NCBI GenBank assembly: GCA_000433875.1
Contig: HF993331.1
Span: 1,868 to 65,867, forward strand
Reading direction: 5' to 3'
DNA length: 64,000 nt
Origin: Firmicutes bacterium CAG:884
GTDB lineage: Bacteria > Bacillota_I > Bacilli_A > RF39 > UBA660
Numbering within the stretch: position 1 is the stretch's first letter; every line of letters starts with the position of its first letter. Below the pieces are notes generated by a model. It was not told where the DNA came from. It made no database searches and was given only the letters and a program-made list of their open reading frames with translations. The translations under genes were made by a program, and so were the position numbers. Below, one piece after another: positions 9,814-21,131 of this stretch.

Positions 9814-10405
9814 AGAAATTGTAAAATATCTAGATGAAATAATACCAAACCCAAGATGTGAATTAAATTATAACAAAGATTATGAACTACTAATTGCAAC
9901 AGCCTTAAGTGCTCAAACAACTGATAAAAGAGTTAATGAAGTAACATCAGTTCTTTTCAAAAAATATCAGACACTTAAAGATTTAAAAAATGCTGATATA
10001 GAGGACATCAAAAAAATAATAAAACCACTCGGATCTTTTAATAAAAAAGCTGAATATGTTATTAATATAGCTGAAAAACTAGAACCATTAGGTTATGTTC
10101 CAAATGATAGAGCATTTCTTGAAAGTATAAAAGGTGTCGGAAGAAAAACAACCAATGTTGTATTAAGTAATATCTATGAAGCTCAGTTAATTGCTGTCGA
10201 TACTCACGTATGCAGAGTAAGCAAAAGAATGGAAATCGCCAAAGCTAATGATGATGTTCTAATTGTCGAAAAGAAACTGAATAAGTTCTTTAAAGGATAT
10301 GATTTATCAAGACTCCATCACCAATTAGTACTCTTTGGCAGATATCACTGCACGGCTAAAAAACCTAAATGTAAAGAGTGTAAATTAAATTGTAAACAGT
10401 TTTAA
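9803..10405 (+). CDS. nth: Endonuclease III (HhH-GPD base excision glycosylase, 4Fe-4S)
   Basis: LIATALSAQTTDKRVN and the HhH-GPD fold. C-terminal Cys ladder CTAKKPKCKECKLNC. Confidence 0.9.
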   Translation: MKAEEIVKYLDEIIPNPRCELNYNKDYELLIATALSAQTTDKRVNEVTSVLFKKYQTLKDLKNADIEDIKKIIKPLGSFNKKAEYVINIAEKLEPLGYVPNDRAFLESIKGVGRKTTNVVLSNIYEAQLIAVDTHVCRVSKRMEIAKANDDVLIVEKKLNKFFKGYDLSRLHHQLVLFGRYHCTAKKPKCKECKLNCKQF

Positions 10406-10433
10406 TTTATACTCCTTTTTCATATAATTTAAT

Positions 10434-11060
10434 ATGAAAAAAAGAATAAGACTAAAAAAGAAAAAAAATATAAAATGGACACTTATTATATTAGTACTAT
10501 TAATAACATTCATTATTTCCTTAGCATCCAAACAAATAAGAAAAAGTGCGCAAATCTATATAGAAGCAAAAACAAAAGAAATAGTATCAAAAGAAATAAC
10601 GTTAACAATAAAAGATTATTTGCCCAAAGAAAATATCTTTAAAATCGAAAAAGATGGAAATGAAATAATCGGTGCCAGTTTAGATAATGAAATAATGAAT
10701 CAAAAACTAGTATTAATAAATGAAAAAATAGAACAAAAACTAGATAGTATGAATAATACTATCATTTTTAAAATGCCATTACTTGCTTCAACGAACAATA
10801 TTTTTTTTGCAAATAAAGGACCAAAAATACCAATAAAATATATGTCAAACGGAAATATAATAAACAATATAAGAACCGAAGTAAAGAATTACGGATTGAA
10901 TAATGCACTCATAACAGCATATCTAGATTTAAACATTGAATGCAGTATTATCTTACCAATAACAATTAAAAAGGTTGAAGTAAATCAAACAATTGTATTA
11001 GGAACAAGAATAATTCAAGGGAAAATACCAAATTATTATGTCAGTAATAATACAATTTAG
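10434..11060 (+). CDS. YunB-like sporulation protein (N-terminal TM)
   Basis: Single TM. C-terminal pattern GPKIPIKYMSNG..ITAYLDLNIECSIILPITIKKVEVNQTIVLGTRIIQGKIPNYY resembles the YunB family. Confidence 0.45.
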   Translation: MKKRIRLKKKKNIKWTLIILVLLITFIISLASKQIRKSAQIYIEAKTKEIVSKEITLTIKDYLPKENIFKIEKDGNEIIGASLDNEIMNQKLVLINEKIEQKLDSMNNTIIFKMPLLASTNNIFFANKGPKIPIKYMSNGNIINNIRTEVKNYGLNNALITAYLDLNIECSIILPITIKKVEVNQTIVLGTRIIQGKIPNYYVSNNTI

Positions 11061-11116
11061 ATTTGACAATATTATTAAATATGATAAAATTAAATATAAC
11101 TAAGGGGGAATATATA

Positions 11117-11641
11117 ATGGCAAGAGTAAAAATGACAGAAAAAGAAAAACAATTAGGTCAATTATACAAAAGATTAAAAATCGTTTTAAAAGCATATAAT
11201 GAGGGAAAAACATATAAGGATTACGAATCAATTATTTATGATTTAAAAAAACAAATAGCTGAATTATCAAACAATAACCTATCAGATGGCATATTAAGTA
11301 TTAGAATCAAAACAATTAAAAATAAAACAACATTTTTTGATATCTATGAATTATTAACCGATGAAAAAATTGGTGAAGCAATTGTAGTAATGGAAGGAAA
11401 AAATGGATCAATGAACTACAACTTCACAACAACAAAAACTAAAGTAGGTTATGACTTAAGGGTAATAAAATTATTATGTATGGATATGACTGATAAAGGA
11501 ATAGAAATGGTTAATACAAGACAATCAAAAGAAAATATTGAAACAAACGCCGCACTTAACTCATATGGCGCTGTAAAACAATTAACCCAAGTAACGCCGT
11601 ATAATGAATATCAAATCAATTTAAATAAAAGAGGTAAATAA
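11117..11641 (+). CDS. Hypothetical protein, tandem paralog A
   Basis: RBS taagggggaatat. Shares YDLRVIKLLCMDM and PYNEYQI blocks with the next ORF. Confidence 0.5.
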   Translation: MARVKMTEKEKQLGQLYKRLKIVLKAYNEGKTYKDYESIIYDLKKQIAELSNNNLSDGILSIRIKTIKNKTTFFDIYELLTDEKIGEAIVVMEGKNGSMNYNFTTTKTKVGYDLRVIKLLCMDMTDKGIEMVNTRQSKENIETNAALNSYGAVKQLTQVTPYNEYQINLNKRGK

Positions 11642-11642
11642 A

Positions 11643-12143
11643 ATGAATAGATCACAAGAACTAGACCTTCTGCGCACACTTCATAAAAAAATTGAAAACG
11701 CTGAAAGATCATTAAAACTAGGAAAAACCAACAGAGATTATCTAGCAATCATTTATGATGCTAAAAAACAAATCCAAATGATTAATACAAAACTAGCAGA
11801 TGATAAAATCACATTAAGAATAAATAAAGTAGAAGAAGACACTATTTCCTTTATTGTTGATGAAAATTTAGCAAATGAAGAAATAGGTCACGCTAAAATA
11901 AAAATGGTTAAAAATGTTGGAATACTAGAATATTCCCTAACTCAAAAAGCAACTAAACAAAACTATGACTTAAGAATGATAAAATTATTATGTCAATTTA
12001 TGAAAAGACAAGGATTAACTGAAGTTAGAACAATGACATATAAAGAAGAAGTAGAAAAAAGCAACTGCTTATGTTTAGCAGGAGCTAAAACAGACCCAAC
12101 AAAAATAAGACCATACAATGTATATAGTTTGAAAATAAAGTAG
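11643..12143 (+). CDS. Hypothetical protein, tandem paralog B
   Basis: Starts 2 nt after paralog A. Shared blocks YDLRMIKLLCQFM and PYNVYSL. Confidence 0.5.
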   Translation: MNRSQELDLLRTLHKKIENAERSLKLGKTNRDYLAIIYDAKKQIQMINTKLADDKITLRINKVEEDTISFIVDENLANEEIGHAKIKMVKNVGILEYSLTQKATKQNYDLRMIKLLCQFMKRQGLTEVRTMTYKEEVEKSNCLCLAGAKTDPTKIRPYNVYSLKIK

Positions 12144-12216
12144 ATATTATCTACTTTTTATTTACATTTAATAAAAAAAATGCTACTCTATATGTACTAG
12201 TTAAGAAGGTGAAGAA

Positions 12217-14037
12217 ATGGACCTAAACAAAATAAAAGACCCATCTTTTTTAAAACAAATGAATAATGAAGAATTAGAAAAGTTAAGCGCGACAATAAGA
12301 AAAGAAATAATCGAAAAAGTATCAAAAACAGGCGGTCATTTATCAAGTAACCTAGGTATTGTTGATTTAACCCTAGCACTCTATAAAGCATTTAATCCCC
12401 CAAAAGATAAAATAATATTTGATGTTGGACACCAATGCTATACTCAAAAAATAATAACTGGAAGATATAAAGAATTTGATAAACTAAGAAAATATAAAGG
12501 ATTAAGTGGCTTTCAAAAAAGAAAAGAAAGTATCTATGATGTATATGAAGCTGGTCACTCATCAACAAGTATAAGTGCAGCCGCCGGCTTTGCCTATGCA
12601 AGAGATTTAAATAAAGAAAACTATAATGTAGTTGCAATTATAGGAGATGGCTCAATTGGAAATGGCCTAGCATATGAAGCATTAAACCATATAGGAGAAT
12701 TAAAAACTAAAATAATAGTAATATTAAATGATAACGAAATGAGTATTAATGAAAATATTGGAGCAATTCATAATTATTTAGACAAAATAAGAAGTGGTAA
12801 TGAATATGAAAAAACCAAAGAAAAAACCAAAACCATTCTCGATAAAATTCCTTTATTAGGAAAACCAATCAAAATAGTAACTAAAAATATTAAAAACTCT
12901 ATTAAAAGTATCTATTTAAAAGATGGTTACTTTTTTGAAGAATTAGGATTTAAATACTATGGACCAATAAACGGCCACGACTTTAAAGAAATGGAAACAT
13001 ATTTTAATCTTGCTCAAAAAGAAAATGGCCCTGTTCTAATCCATACAATAACCATAAAAGGAAAAGGCTTTGCACCGGCTTTAAATGATAAAAAAGGCAT
13101 ATGGCATGGTACACCTGCCTTTGATATAAACAATCCCGTAACAATATCTAAAAGTACCTGGCCAAACGTTATAACAAAACACCTAATCCAATTAGCACGC
13201 AATAATAAAAATATAATTGCCATAACACCAGCAATGGCAAGCGGAAGTAAATTATTAGAATTTAAAAATGAATTCAAAGAAAGATTCATTGATGTTGGAA
13301 TAGCTGAAGAACACGCAGTAGTAATGGCCAACTCCTTAAGCTTATCCGGAAAAATACCATTTGTCTTTATATATTCAACCTTCTTACAAAGAGCATATGA
13401 TGAAATAGAACACGATGTAGCTAGAATGAATACCCATACAATAATATGTATAGATAGATGTGGTATAGTAGGTCCAGATGGCGAAACTCATCAAGGAATA
13501 TATGATGTAAGTATGCTATTACCAATACCAAATCTAATAATATGCGCACCCTCAACAAATGAAGAAGCAGCTGATATGCTATATACAGCATCTATTACTA
13601 AAAAGCCATTCTGTATAAGATATTCCAAAGAAAAAAAAGAATATCATCAATGTAAAATGAAAAAAATAGAAATAGGAAGTTGGACAAAATTAAAAAAAGG
13701 CAAAGACGCCTATATTATAACCTATGGAGACTTTGTCCAAAATGCCCTTGAAATAAGTAATGAAAGTAAATATAGTATAGGAGTAATAAACGCTCGCTTT
13801 ATAAAACCAATCGATGAAAAAATGTTAAATAGCATTAATACACCAATATTTGTCTATGAAGAAGTCACGCAAATAGGTTCTTTAGGAAGTTATCTAAAAA
13901 CCAAAACCAATAAAGACATAACAATATATGCCATAAAAGATACATTTGTACAGCAAGGATCAAGAAAAGAAATATTAGAACACCTTGGATTAGATACCCA
14001 AAGTATTAAAACAAAAATCGAAAAAAAACTAAGTTAA
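12217..14037 (+). CDS. dxs: 1-deoxy-D-xylulose-5-phosphate synthase
   Basis: GHLSSNLGIVDLTLALY, GDGSIGNGLAYEALNH (ThDP motif), and a transketolase-like C-terminus. Confidence 0.9.
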   Translation: MDLNKIKDPSFLKQMNNEELEKLSATIRKEIIEKVSKTGGHLSSNLGIVDLTLALYKAFNPPKDKIIFDVGHQCYTQKIITGRYKEFDKLRKYKGLSGFQKRKESIYDVYEAGHSSTSISAAAGFAYARDLNKENYNVVAIIGDGSIGNGLAYEALNHIGELKTKIIVILNDNEMSINENIGAIHNYLDKIRSGNEYEKTKEKTKTILDKIPLLGKPIKIVTKNIKNSIKSIYLKDGYFFEELGFKYYGPINGHDFKEMETYFNLAQKENGPVLIHTITIKGKGFAPALNDKKGIWHGTPAFDINNPVTISKSTWPNVITKHLIQLARNNKNIIAITPAMASGSKLLEFKNEFKERFIDVGIAEEHAVVMANSLSLSGKIPFVFIYSTFLQRAYDEIEHDVARMNTHTIICIDRCGIVGPDGETHQGIYDVSMLLPIPNLIICAPSTNEEAADMLYTASITKKPFCIRYSKEKKEYHQCKMKKIEIGSWTKLKKGKDAYIITYGDFVQNALEISNESKYSIGVINARFIKPIDEKMLNSINTPIFVYEEVTQIGSLGSYLKTKTNKDITIYAIKDTFVQQGSRKEILEHLGLDTQSIKTKIEKKLS

Positions 14038-14089
14038 AATATGACAAAAAAATAAATATATGATAAACTTAATATGAGGGGGCAAAATA

Positions 14090-14272
14090 ATGAAAAAATT
14101 AATAATAGTATTAATATTATTTGTATTATGTATAGGAGTAGTAGATGCCAAAAGAAGAGATATGGTAAAAGTATCAAATGTAAAATATAAAACATACGAC
14201 GCAAACGGAAATGTCCAAGAAGGAAACTTAAAATTTAAAACAACTTACATATACGATATCAAAGAAATATAA
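14090..14272 (+). CDS. Small secreted protein (60 aa, signal peptide)
   Basis: Strong RBS atgagggggcaaaataATG. Hydrophobic N-terminus. Followed by a terminator. Confidence 0.4.
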   Translation: MKKLIIVLILFVLCIGVVDAKRRDMVKVSNVKYKTYDANGNVQEGNLKFKTTYIYDIKEI

Positions 14273-14293
14273 GCAAGTAAATCTTGCTTTTTA
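14271..14293 (+). terminator. Terminator aagcaag-taaat-cttgctt plus T-run
   Basis: Seen directly in the sequence. Confidence 0.55.
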
Positions 14294-14329
14294 TTAACCA
14301 TTAAATTATAATATTAGAGTGATTGGCAA

Positions 14330-15517
14330 ATGGAAAGAATTATAATGCATATAGATGTAAATAATGCATTCCTATCTTGGAGTGCAGTAGATTTACTAAA
14401 TAACGGATATAAATATGATATAAGAAATAGCTACGCAGTTATAGGCGGCGATGAATCAAGAAGAGCGGGTATAGTCTTAGCAAAAAGTACGCCCTGTAAA
14501 AAATTAGGCATCCAAACAGCTGAAACCCTATATCAAGCAAGAAAAAAATGTCGCGTTTTAAAAGTATTCCCACCCAATTATGCATTCTATCAAAAAATGA
14601 GTAAAGAACTATTTAAAATAATAAGTAAATATACACCAGATATTGAAGTTGCCTCAATTGATGAATGTTATATAGATTACGGAAAAAGTATGCTAATTAA
14701 TGGTGATCCCATAAAATTTGCTTATAAATTGCAAAAAGAAATAAATGATACATTACACTTTACAGTCAATATTGGAATCGCAAACAATAAATTATGTGCC
14801 AAAATGGCATCAGACTTTGAAAAACCCAATAAAGTTCATACACTATTTCAAAATGAAGTCAAAACAAAAATGTACCCATTACCCGTAGGAGATTTATTTG
14901 GAATCGGTAAAAAAAGTGTACTCAAACTAAATCAAATAGGAATACACAAAATAGAAGACTTAGCAAATTATGATGAAAAACACTTAGCATTCTTCTTTAA
15001 AAATCAAGCAAAACATATGATTGAACTTGCTCAAGGAATAGATGATACCGAAGTAGTAAGTGAAAGAGATGATTGCAAAAGTATAAGTATGACAACAACA
15101 CTACCAATTGACATAACACAAATCGATGATGCCTATGATGAATTAAGAAAAATAGCCGAAAAAATCGCTCAAAACCTTAGAAAAGAAGAAAAATATGCCT
15201 ATGTGATAGCGGTAATATTAAAAAGTAATAGCTTTGTAACTAAAAACCATCAAGCAAAATTAACAAATCCAACAAACATAGGAATTGAAATCTATAAAAA
15301 AGCCAAACAATTACTAAAAGAAATGTGGGATGATGAACCAATTAGATTAATAGGAATTAGACTAGATAATTTGGTTGTGAATTATGGCTATCAAGCATCA
15401 ATATTTGAAAATGTTGATGAAAAAATTAAAAATGAAAAACTAGAAAAAGTAATTGACCAAATAAAGAAAAAATACGGAAACAAAAGTATAAATATAGCAA
15501 AATTAAAAAAGGAGTAA
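14330..15517 (+). CDS. dinB: DNA polymerase IV (Y-family translesion polymerase)
   Basis: [20 protein letters not shown], and a little-finger domain. Start may be the ATG at 14345. Confidence 0.8.
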   Translation: MERIIMHIDVNNAFLSWSAVDLLNNGYKYDIRNSYAVIGGDESRRAGIVLAKSTPCKKLGIQTAETLYQARKKCRVLKVFPPNYAFYQKMSKELFKIISKYTPDIEVASIDECYIDYGKSMLINGDPIKFAYKLQKEINDTLHFTVNIGIANNKLCAKMASDFEKPNKVHTLFQNEVKTKMYPLPVGDLFGIGKKSVLKLNQIGIHKIEDLANYDEKHLAFFFKNQAKHMIELAQGIDDTEVVSERDDCKSISMTTTLPIDITQIDDAYDELRKIAEKIAQNLRKEEKYAYVIAVILKSNSFVTKNHQAKLTNPTNIGIEIYKKAKQLLKEMWDDEPIRLIGIRLDNLVVNYGYQASIFENVDEKIKNEKLEKVIDQIKKKYGNKSINIAKLKKE

Positions 15518-15521
15518 AATT

Positions 15522-16544
15522 ATGAAAACAGATGATTTTGATTACAATTTACCAGAAGAATTAATCGCCCAAGTACCATTAAATGATAGAACATCATCTA
15601 AATTAATGGTTCTAGATAGAAAAACAGGCGAAATCGAACATAAACATTTCTATGATATAATTGAATATCTAGAAAAAGGTGATGTCTTAGTAATAAACGA
15701 TACCAAAGTAATGCCAGCTAGATTAATGGGAACCAAAGAAGAAACAAAAGCCCATATTGAAATATTAATGCTAAAAAACCTAGAAAAAGATACCTGGGAA
15801 TGCTTAGTTAAACCAGCCAAAAGAGTAAAAGAAGGAACCATAATTGATTTTGGCGGAATTCTAAAAGGAAAATGCACTAAAGTATTAGATGAAGGAATAA
15901 GACATATAGAATTTGAATATGATGGAATCTTTTATGAAATACTAGATAAACTAGGTGAAATGCCATTACCACCATATATCCACGAAAAATTAAAAGATAA
16001 AGATAGATATCAAACAGTATATGCTAAAGAAATAGGAAGCGCAGCAGCACCAACAGCCGGTTTGCACTTTACTAAAGAATTAATGGAAAAAATAAAAGAA
16101 AAAGGAATAATTATAACAAACGTAACCCTTCATGTAGGACTTGGAACCTTTAGGCCAGTAAACGTAGAAGATGTAACGAAACACGAAATGCATAGTGAAT
16201 TCTATCAAATGACTAAAGAAACAGCCGATATTTTAAACAAAGCAAAAGAAGAAAAAAGAAGAATTATAAGTGTTGGTACAACAAGCACAAGAACTCTAGA
16301 AACCGTAATGGAATTATATGGAACCTTTAAGGAATGTAGTGGATGGACTAAAATATTTATATATCCAGGCTTTAAATTCAAAGCAATTGATGGATTAATA
16401 ACAAATTTTCATCTCCCAAAATCAACTCTTGTAATGCTAGTAAGTGCCTTTGCATCCAAAGAAATTATCCTAAACGCCTATAATATAGCCGTTGAAAACC
16501 ATTATCGCTTTTTCTCATTTGGCGATGCAATGTTTATAAGGTAA
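15522..16544 (+). CDS. queA: S-adenosylmethionine:tRNA ribosyltransferase-isomerase
   Basis: [25 protein letters not shown], and [10 protein letters not shown] motifs. Confidence 0.9.
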   Translation: MKTDDFDYNLPEELIAQVPLNDRTSSKLMVLDRKTGEIEHKHFYDIIEYLEKGDVLVINDTKVMPARLMGTKEETKAHIEILMLKNLEKDTWECLVKPAKRVKEGTIIDFGGILKGKCTKVLDEGIRHIEFEYDGIFYEILDKLGEMPLPPYIHEKLKDKDRYQTVYAKEIGSAAAPTAGLHFTKELMEKIKEKGIIITNVTLHVGLGTFRPVNVEDVTKHEMHSEFYQMTKETADILNKAKEEKRRIISVGTTSTRTLETVMELYGTFKECSGWTKIFIYPGFKFKAIDGLITNFHLPKSTLVMLVSAFASKEIILNAYNIAVENHYRFFSFGDAMFIR

Positions 16545-16546
16545 AT

Positions 16547-17425
16547 ATGGTAATAGTAATAACAGGACCAACCGGAGTTGGTAAAACAAAACTAAGTATT
16601 GAACTAGCAAAAAAAATGAACGGCGAAATTATAAATGCTGATAGCACACAAATATTTAAAGGATTAGATATTGCAACAGCAAAAGTAACAAATGAAGAAA
16701 AAGAAAATATTATTCACAACTTAATAGATATAAAAGAAATATCGGAAGATTATACCGTATATGATTATCAAAAAGATGCCAGAAAAAAAATAGATGAAAT
16801 TATTAAAAAAAATAAAACACCAATTATAGTAGGTGGAACTGGACTTTATATAAAAGCAGCCTTATATGATTATAAGTTTAATGAAGAAAAAAACAAATTA
16901 ACATATGACAATATAGAAACAAATGAATTATATAAAGAATTATTGAAAGTAGATGAAAAAACAAATATTCATCCCAATAACCGTAAAAGAATTATAAGAG
17001 CATTAAACTATTATAATGAAAATAATGAACCATTATCAAGTAAAGAAAAAACAGATAAACTATTATATGATACCCTATTTATAGGCCTTACAACAAATAG
17101 AGCAAACCTATATGAAAAAATAAATAAAAGAGTAGATAAAATGATAGATGAAGGCCTATTAGAAGAAGCAAAAAAAATATATGAAACTAATATAAGAACA
17201 AAAGCCGTATTAACACCAATAGGGTATAAAGAACTATTTCCATACTTTGAAAACAAACAAACATTAGAAGAAGCAATTGATAAAATAAAACAAAAATCAA
17301 GAAACTATGCCAAAAGACAATATACTTGGTTTAATCATCAATTAAATATTAAATGGTTTGATGTCGACTACGATAATTTTGAAAACACAATAAAAGAAGT
17401 ATATGAATATATAGAAAAAAAGTGA
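16547..17425 (+). CDS. miaA: tRNA dimethylallyltransferase
   Basis: ITGPTGVGKTKLSIELA P-loop and ADSTQIFKGLDIATAK. Confidence 0.9.
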   Translation: MVIVITGPTGVGKTKLSIELAKKMNGEIINADSTQIFKGLDIATAKVTNEEKENIIHNLIDIKEISEDYTVYDYQKDARKKIDEIIKKNKTPIIVGGTGLYIKAALYDYKFNEEKNKLTYDNIETNELYKELLKVDEKTNIHPNNRKRIIRALNYYNENNEPLSSKEKTDKLLYDTLFIGLTTNRANLYEKINKRVDKMIDEGLLEEAKKIYETNIRTKAVLTPIGYKELFPYFENKQTLEEAIDKIKQKSRNYAKRQYTWFNHQLNIKWFDVDYDNFENTIKEVYEYIEKK

Positions 17426-17426
17426 C

Positions 17427-19085
17427 TTATTTAACAGCCACTTTTTCTTCGATCTCTGTAATAATAGGTAAAATAATAGGATTTCTACCAGTTTCACTCT
17501 TAATATAATTAGATAAATTTAAAATAATATCAGCTTTTATATCATTTTTACTTTTCTTAATAGATTTCATAACAACATTAGCACATATATTCTCTAAATT
17601 TTTAAGAATATTTTCACTTTCATTAACAGTAACAAAACCCCTAGTAGTAATATTAGGCCTAGTAAGTAATTTATTATTAGCAATAGTAGCGCATGCAATA
17701 ACAATACCATCATTACTCATAGCTCTTCTATCTCTCATAACAGAATTAGAAACATCACCTAAACGATTTCCATCAACATATATATCATTAGCAGGAACTG
17801 TACCTTCTTGATGGATAACGCCATCTTTCATAACAAGGACATCACCATTATTTAAAACAAATGTATTTTCTTCAGGAATACCACATTCTTGAGCAATTTC
17901 AGCATGCCTTTTTAACATACGATATTCACCATGCGCTGGCATAAAGTATTTAGGTTTAATTAATCTTAACATAAGCTTTAATTCTTCTTCACTACCATGA
18001 CCTGTTGTATGTATATCATTGAAAGAAGAATTAGTATATACATTAACGCCTTTTAAATATAATTTATTAATAGTTCTTGAAATGCTAAGAGCATTACCAG
18101 GAATTGTAGAAGAAGAAAATATAACAGTATCTCCTTCCATAATCTTAATTTGTTTGTGGCTTCCATCAGCAATTCTTGTTAAAGCAGCAAGTGGTTCTCC
18201 TTGGGAACCAGTACAAAGTAAACAAACCTTATTTAAAGGAAGTTTATTAGCTTCTTCAGGCGTAACAAATATATCTTTATGTTTTATGTAGCCACCCTCA
18301 ATAGAAATCTCAATATTATTTTCCATACTTCTACCAAAGATTGCAATTTTTCTACCCCTTTTATAACAAGTATCAACAATATGTTTTAATCTATAAATAT
18401 TAGAAGCAAATGTTGCAATTATAATTCTACCATCAGTACAATCAAAAATATCATTTAAAGCTTCATCAACCTTCGACTCAGATTTACTCATTCCCGGATT
18501 TAAAGCATTTGTACTATCACTTAATAATAGCGTAACACCATCATTACCAATACTAGCCATTTTATGTAAGTTCGCAACCGGACCAATTGGCGTTAAATCA
18601 AACTTAAAGTCACCAGTTACAACAACTGTACCATTAGGTGTATGAACACATATACCATGTGAATCAGGAATAGAGTGGGTAGTTATAAAGAATTCAACCG
18701 AAAATCTTTTAGTCTTAACAACTGTTTTTTCCGTATAAACAATTAAATTCTTATAAGGAATATTCTTTTCAGCAATTTTCTTTCTAATTAAACCACAAGC
18801 TTGATTAGGAGCATATATATAAGGAACATTTACTGTTTGAAGTAAAGAAACAATTCCTCCAATATGATCTTCATGTCCGTGAGTTATAAATAAAGCCTTA
18901 ATTTTACTCTCATTTTGCTTTAAAAAAGTATAATCAGGAATAACATAATCAACACCCTTGATGTCACTTTCTGGAAAAATAACACCAGCATCAACAATGA
19001 TAATTTCATCATCGTGCCAAATAACATACATATTTTTTCCAACCTCACATAAACCACCAAGAGCAAATATTTTAGTTTCGTTCAT
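17427..19085 (-). CDS. rnj: Ribonuclease J (metallo-beta-lactamase / beta-CASP)
   Basis: KIFALGGLCEVGKNMYV and HGHEDHIGG motifs. 552 aa. Confidence 0.9.
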   Translation of the reverse strand: MNETKIFALGGLCEVGKNMYVIWHDDEIIIVDAGVIFPESDIKGVDYVIPDYTFLKQNESKIKALFITHGHEDHIGGIVSLLQTVNVPYIYAPNQACGLIRKKIAEKNIPYKNLIVYTEKTVVKTKRFSVEFFITTHSIPDSHGICVHTPNGTVVVTGDFKFDLTPIGPVANLHKMASIGNDGVTLLLSDSTNALNPGMSKSESKVDEALNDIFDCTDGRIIIATFASNIYRLKHIVDTCYKRGRKIAIFGRSMENNIEISIEGGYIKHKDIFVTPEEANKLPLNKVCLLCTGSQGEPLAALTRIADGSHKQIKIMEGDTVIFSSSTIPGNALSISRTINKLYLKGVNVYTNSSFNDIHTTGHGSEEELKLMLRLIKPKYFMPAHGEYRMLKRHAEIAQECGIPEENTFVLNNGDVLVMKDGVIHQEGTVPANDIYVDGNRLGDVSNSVMRDRRAMSNDGIVIACATIANNKLLTRPNITTRGFVTVNESENILKNLENICANVVMKSIKKSKNDIKADIILNLSNYIKSETGRNPIILPIITEIEEKVAVK

Positions 19086-19223
19086 AATTTCCCTCCTTTC
19101 ATTAAAATTTCGACTTTATAATTATATACTTTTTTTTTATCTTTTGCAAGTTCAACATATTTGAAAAAAAATCATTGAAAAAAAAGCCAAAATATGGTAT
19201 AAATATAATAGGGAGTGTAAAAT

Positions 19224-19772
19224 ATGAAACGAAATTTACTATCAATATCAATAATATGTGCCTTATTAGGATTTTTCCTTATTTTATTTGGTTCCGTTGC
19301 CTACTATTCAACAACAAAAACAGGAAATGTAACATCAACGACAAAAAAAATATCATTTGATGTATATCATAATAATAAACAAATAGAAACAATAAATCTT
19401 TATGATACTATTGAAGCAAAATCAGAAAGAAGTGGCGAAGTAATTATACCAGGTGACAAAGGAAAGTTTGAATTAGTTGTACTAGGAACCGGATCAGAAG
19501 TTAATATAAAATATGAAATAAAACTAACAGGAACAGAGGTACCAACAAACATGAACTTTTATGTTGATGAAAAAACAGCTAACAATTTAATAAATATAAC
19601 CGACCATACTATTGAAGGAACAATGAAAGTCGGAGAAAGTATGACAAAAAATCATACAATATATTGGGAGTGGCCTTATGATAATGGTGAAGCTAACCAA
19701 CACGACTATAATTATCAAGGAAAAACATTTAACATAAGCATATCTGCAATAGGTATCCAAACAATTGATTAA
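19224..19772 (+). CDS. TasA/camelysin-like (SipW-cognate signal class) secreted protein
   Basis: Signal with ...LFGSVAYYSTTKTG (compare GTFAxFxD). PGDKGKFELVVLGTGS and YQGKTFNISISAIGIQ resemble TasA/CalY blocks. Confidence 0.4.
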   Translation: MKRNLLSISIICALLGFFLILFGSVAYYSTTKTGNVTSTTKKISFDVYHNNKQIETINLYDTIEAKSERSGEVIIPGDKGKFELVVLGTGSEVNIKYEIKLTGTEVPTNMNFYVDEKTANNLINITDHTIEGTMKVGESMTKNHTIYWEWPYDNGEANQHDYNYQGKTFNISISAIGIQTID

Positions 19773-19870
19773 TAAAATAATGAAAGTTTTATATAATATA
19801 AAACTTTTTCTTTATAAAAAAGTAGAAAAAATAAAAAAAATAAGTTATAATTATATTAGAGGTGTTAAAA

Positions 19871-20845
19871 ATGGGAATATTCGACAAGTTTAAAAACATA
19901 TTTACAAAGAAAGATATAAACGAGTATGACAAAGCATTAGAAAAAACAAGAAATAGCTTTACATCAAAATTAGGTAACCTATCAAAAAAATATAAAGAAT
20001 TAACAAATGAATATTTTGAAGAATTAGAAGAAATTCTTATAATGGCTGATATTGGCGTAGATACAGTAGTAAAACTAGTAGACCGCTTAAAAAGAAGAGT
20101 AAAAGAAGAAAAAATAACAAGTCCAGAAGAATTGAAAGAAATAATTGTTGACGAAATGTTTATTATATATGTTGATGGTGATATCTTAACAAATAAAATA
20201 AACACAAACAAAGAAGGACCAACAGTATTATTATTTGTGGGTGTAAATGGTGTAGGAAAAACAACAACAATTGGTAAAATCGCATATCAATTAACAAGTA
20301 AAGGCAAAAAAGTCTTATTAATAGCCGGCGATACATTTAGAGCAGGCGCTGTTGAACAAATTCAAGAATGGGGAAGAAAATCGGGAGCAGACGTTTATTA
20401 TAAAGAAAAAGCTGACCCTGCAAGCGTTGTATATGATGGCTTAAAAAAAGGCTTGGATTATGATGTAATACTAATTGATACAGCAGGAAGACTTCAAAAC
20501 AAAGTAAACCTAATGAATGAACTAGCAAAAATAAATAAAGTAATAAAACAAATAATACCATCCGCTCCTCACGAAACATTACTTGTAATAGATGCAACAA
20601 CAGGTCAAAACGGAATATCACAAGCTAAAAATTTTAAAGAAATAACAGACATAACAGGAATTGTTTTAACAAAACTAGATGGAAGCGCTAAAGGCGGAAT
20701 TGTTCTTGCAATTAAAGATGAAGTTAAAATACCAGTAAAATACATTGGTTTAGGTGAAGGATATAATGATTTAAAATCATTTGATATTGAAGCATATATA
20801 TATGGCTTATTTAAGGATCTAGGTGATAAATATGATGAAAAGTAG
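19871..20845 (+). CDS. ftsY: Signal recognition particle receptor FtsY
   Basis: NG domain. GVNGVGKTTTIGKIA and DTAGR motifs. RBS agaggtg. Confidence 0.9.
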   Translation: MGIFDKFKNIFTKKDINEYDKALEKTRNSFTSKLGNLSKKYKELTNEYFEELEEILIMADIGVDTVVKLVDRLKRRVKEEKITSPEELKEIIVDEMFIIYVDGDILTNKINTNKEGPTVLLFVGVNGVGKTTTIGKIAYQLTSKGKKVLLIAGDTFRAGAVEQIQEWGRKSGADVYYKEKADPASVVYDGLKKGLDYDVILIDTAGRLQNKVNLMNELAKINKVIKQIIPSAPHETLLVIDATTGQNGISQAKNFKEITDITGIVLTKLDGSAKGGIVLAIKDEVKIPVKYIGLGEGYNDLKSFDIEAYIYGLFKDLGDKYDEK

Positions 20846-21131
20846 TACTGATAGTGCGAAAGTAACTAAAAAAATAAAAGATTATAAAATGAAAGATTGG
20901 TTATTTTTCACGCAAATTTTACTAGTAATAATTACAATTGGAACATTTATTTATACATATTTAGTTGAGCGTAACTATAAATATTTAACTGATTTTATGG
21001 TAAGTTTATTACTATTTAATCTTGCCCTTAACAATAAAAAAATATATAAAAGGAAAAACTTTACAACAATATATATAATTTTTGGTATATTCTTTGTTCT
21101 ATCAGGAATATGGGGAATCTTCAATGGATAA
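20832..21131 (+). CDS. Small hypothetical membrane protein
   Basis: Two hydrophobic helices. Overlaps the ftsY end in another frame, so the call is weak. Confidence 0.3.
   Translation: MMKSSTDSAKVTKKIKDYKMKDWLFFTQILLVIITIGTFIYTYLVERNYKYLTDFMVSLLLFNLALNNKKIYKRKNFTTIYIIFGIFFVLSGIWGIFNG

Noticed and set aside
19175-19360. 61-aa ORF overlapping the start of the TasA-like gene
   Set aside because: Overlaps a better-supported gene with a good RBS. Asn/Lys-rich low-complexity translation.
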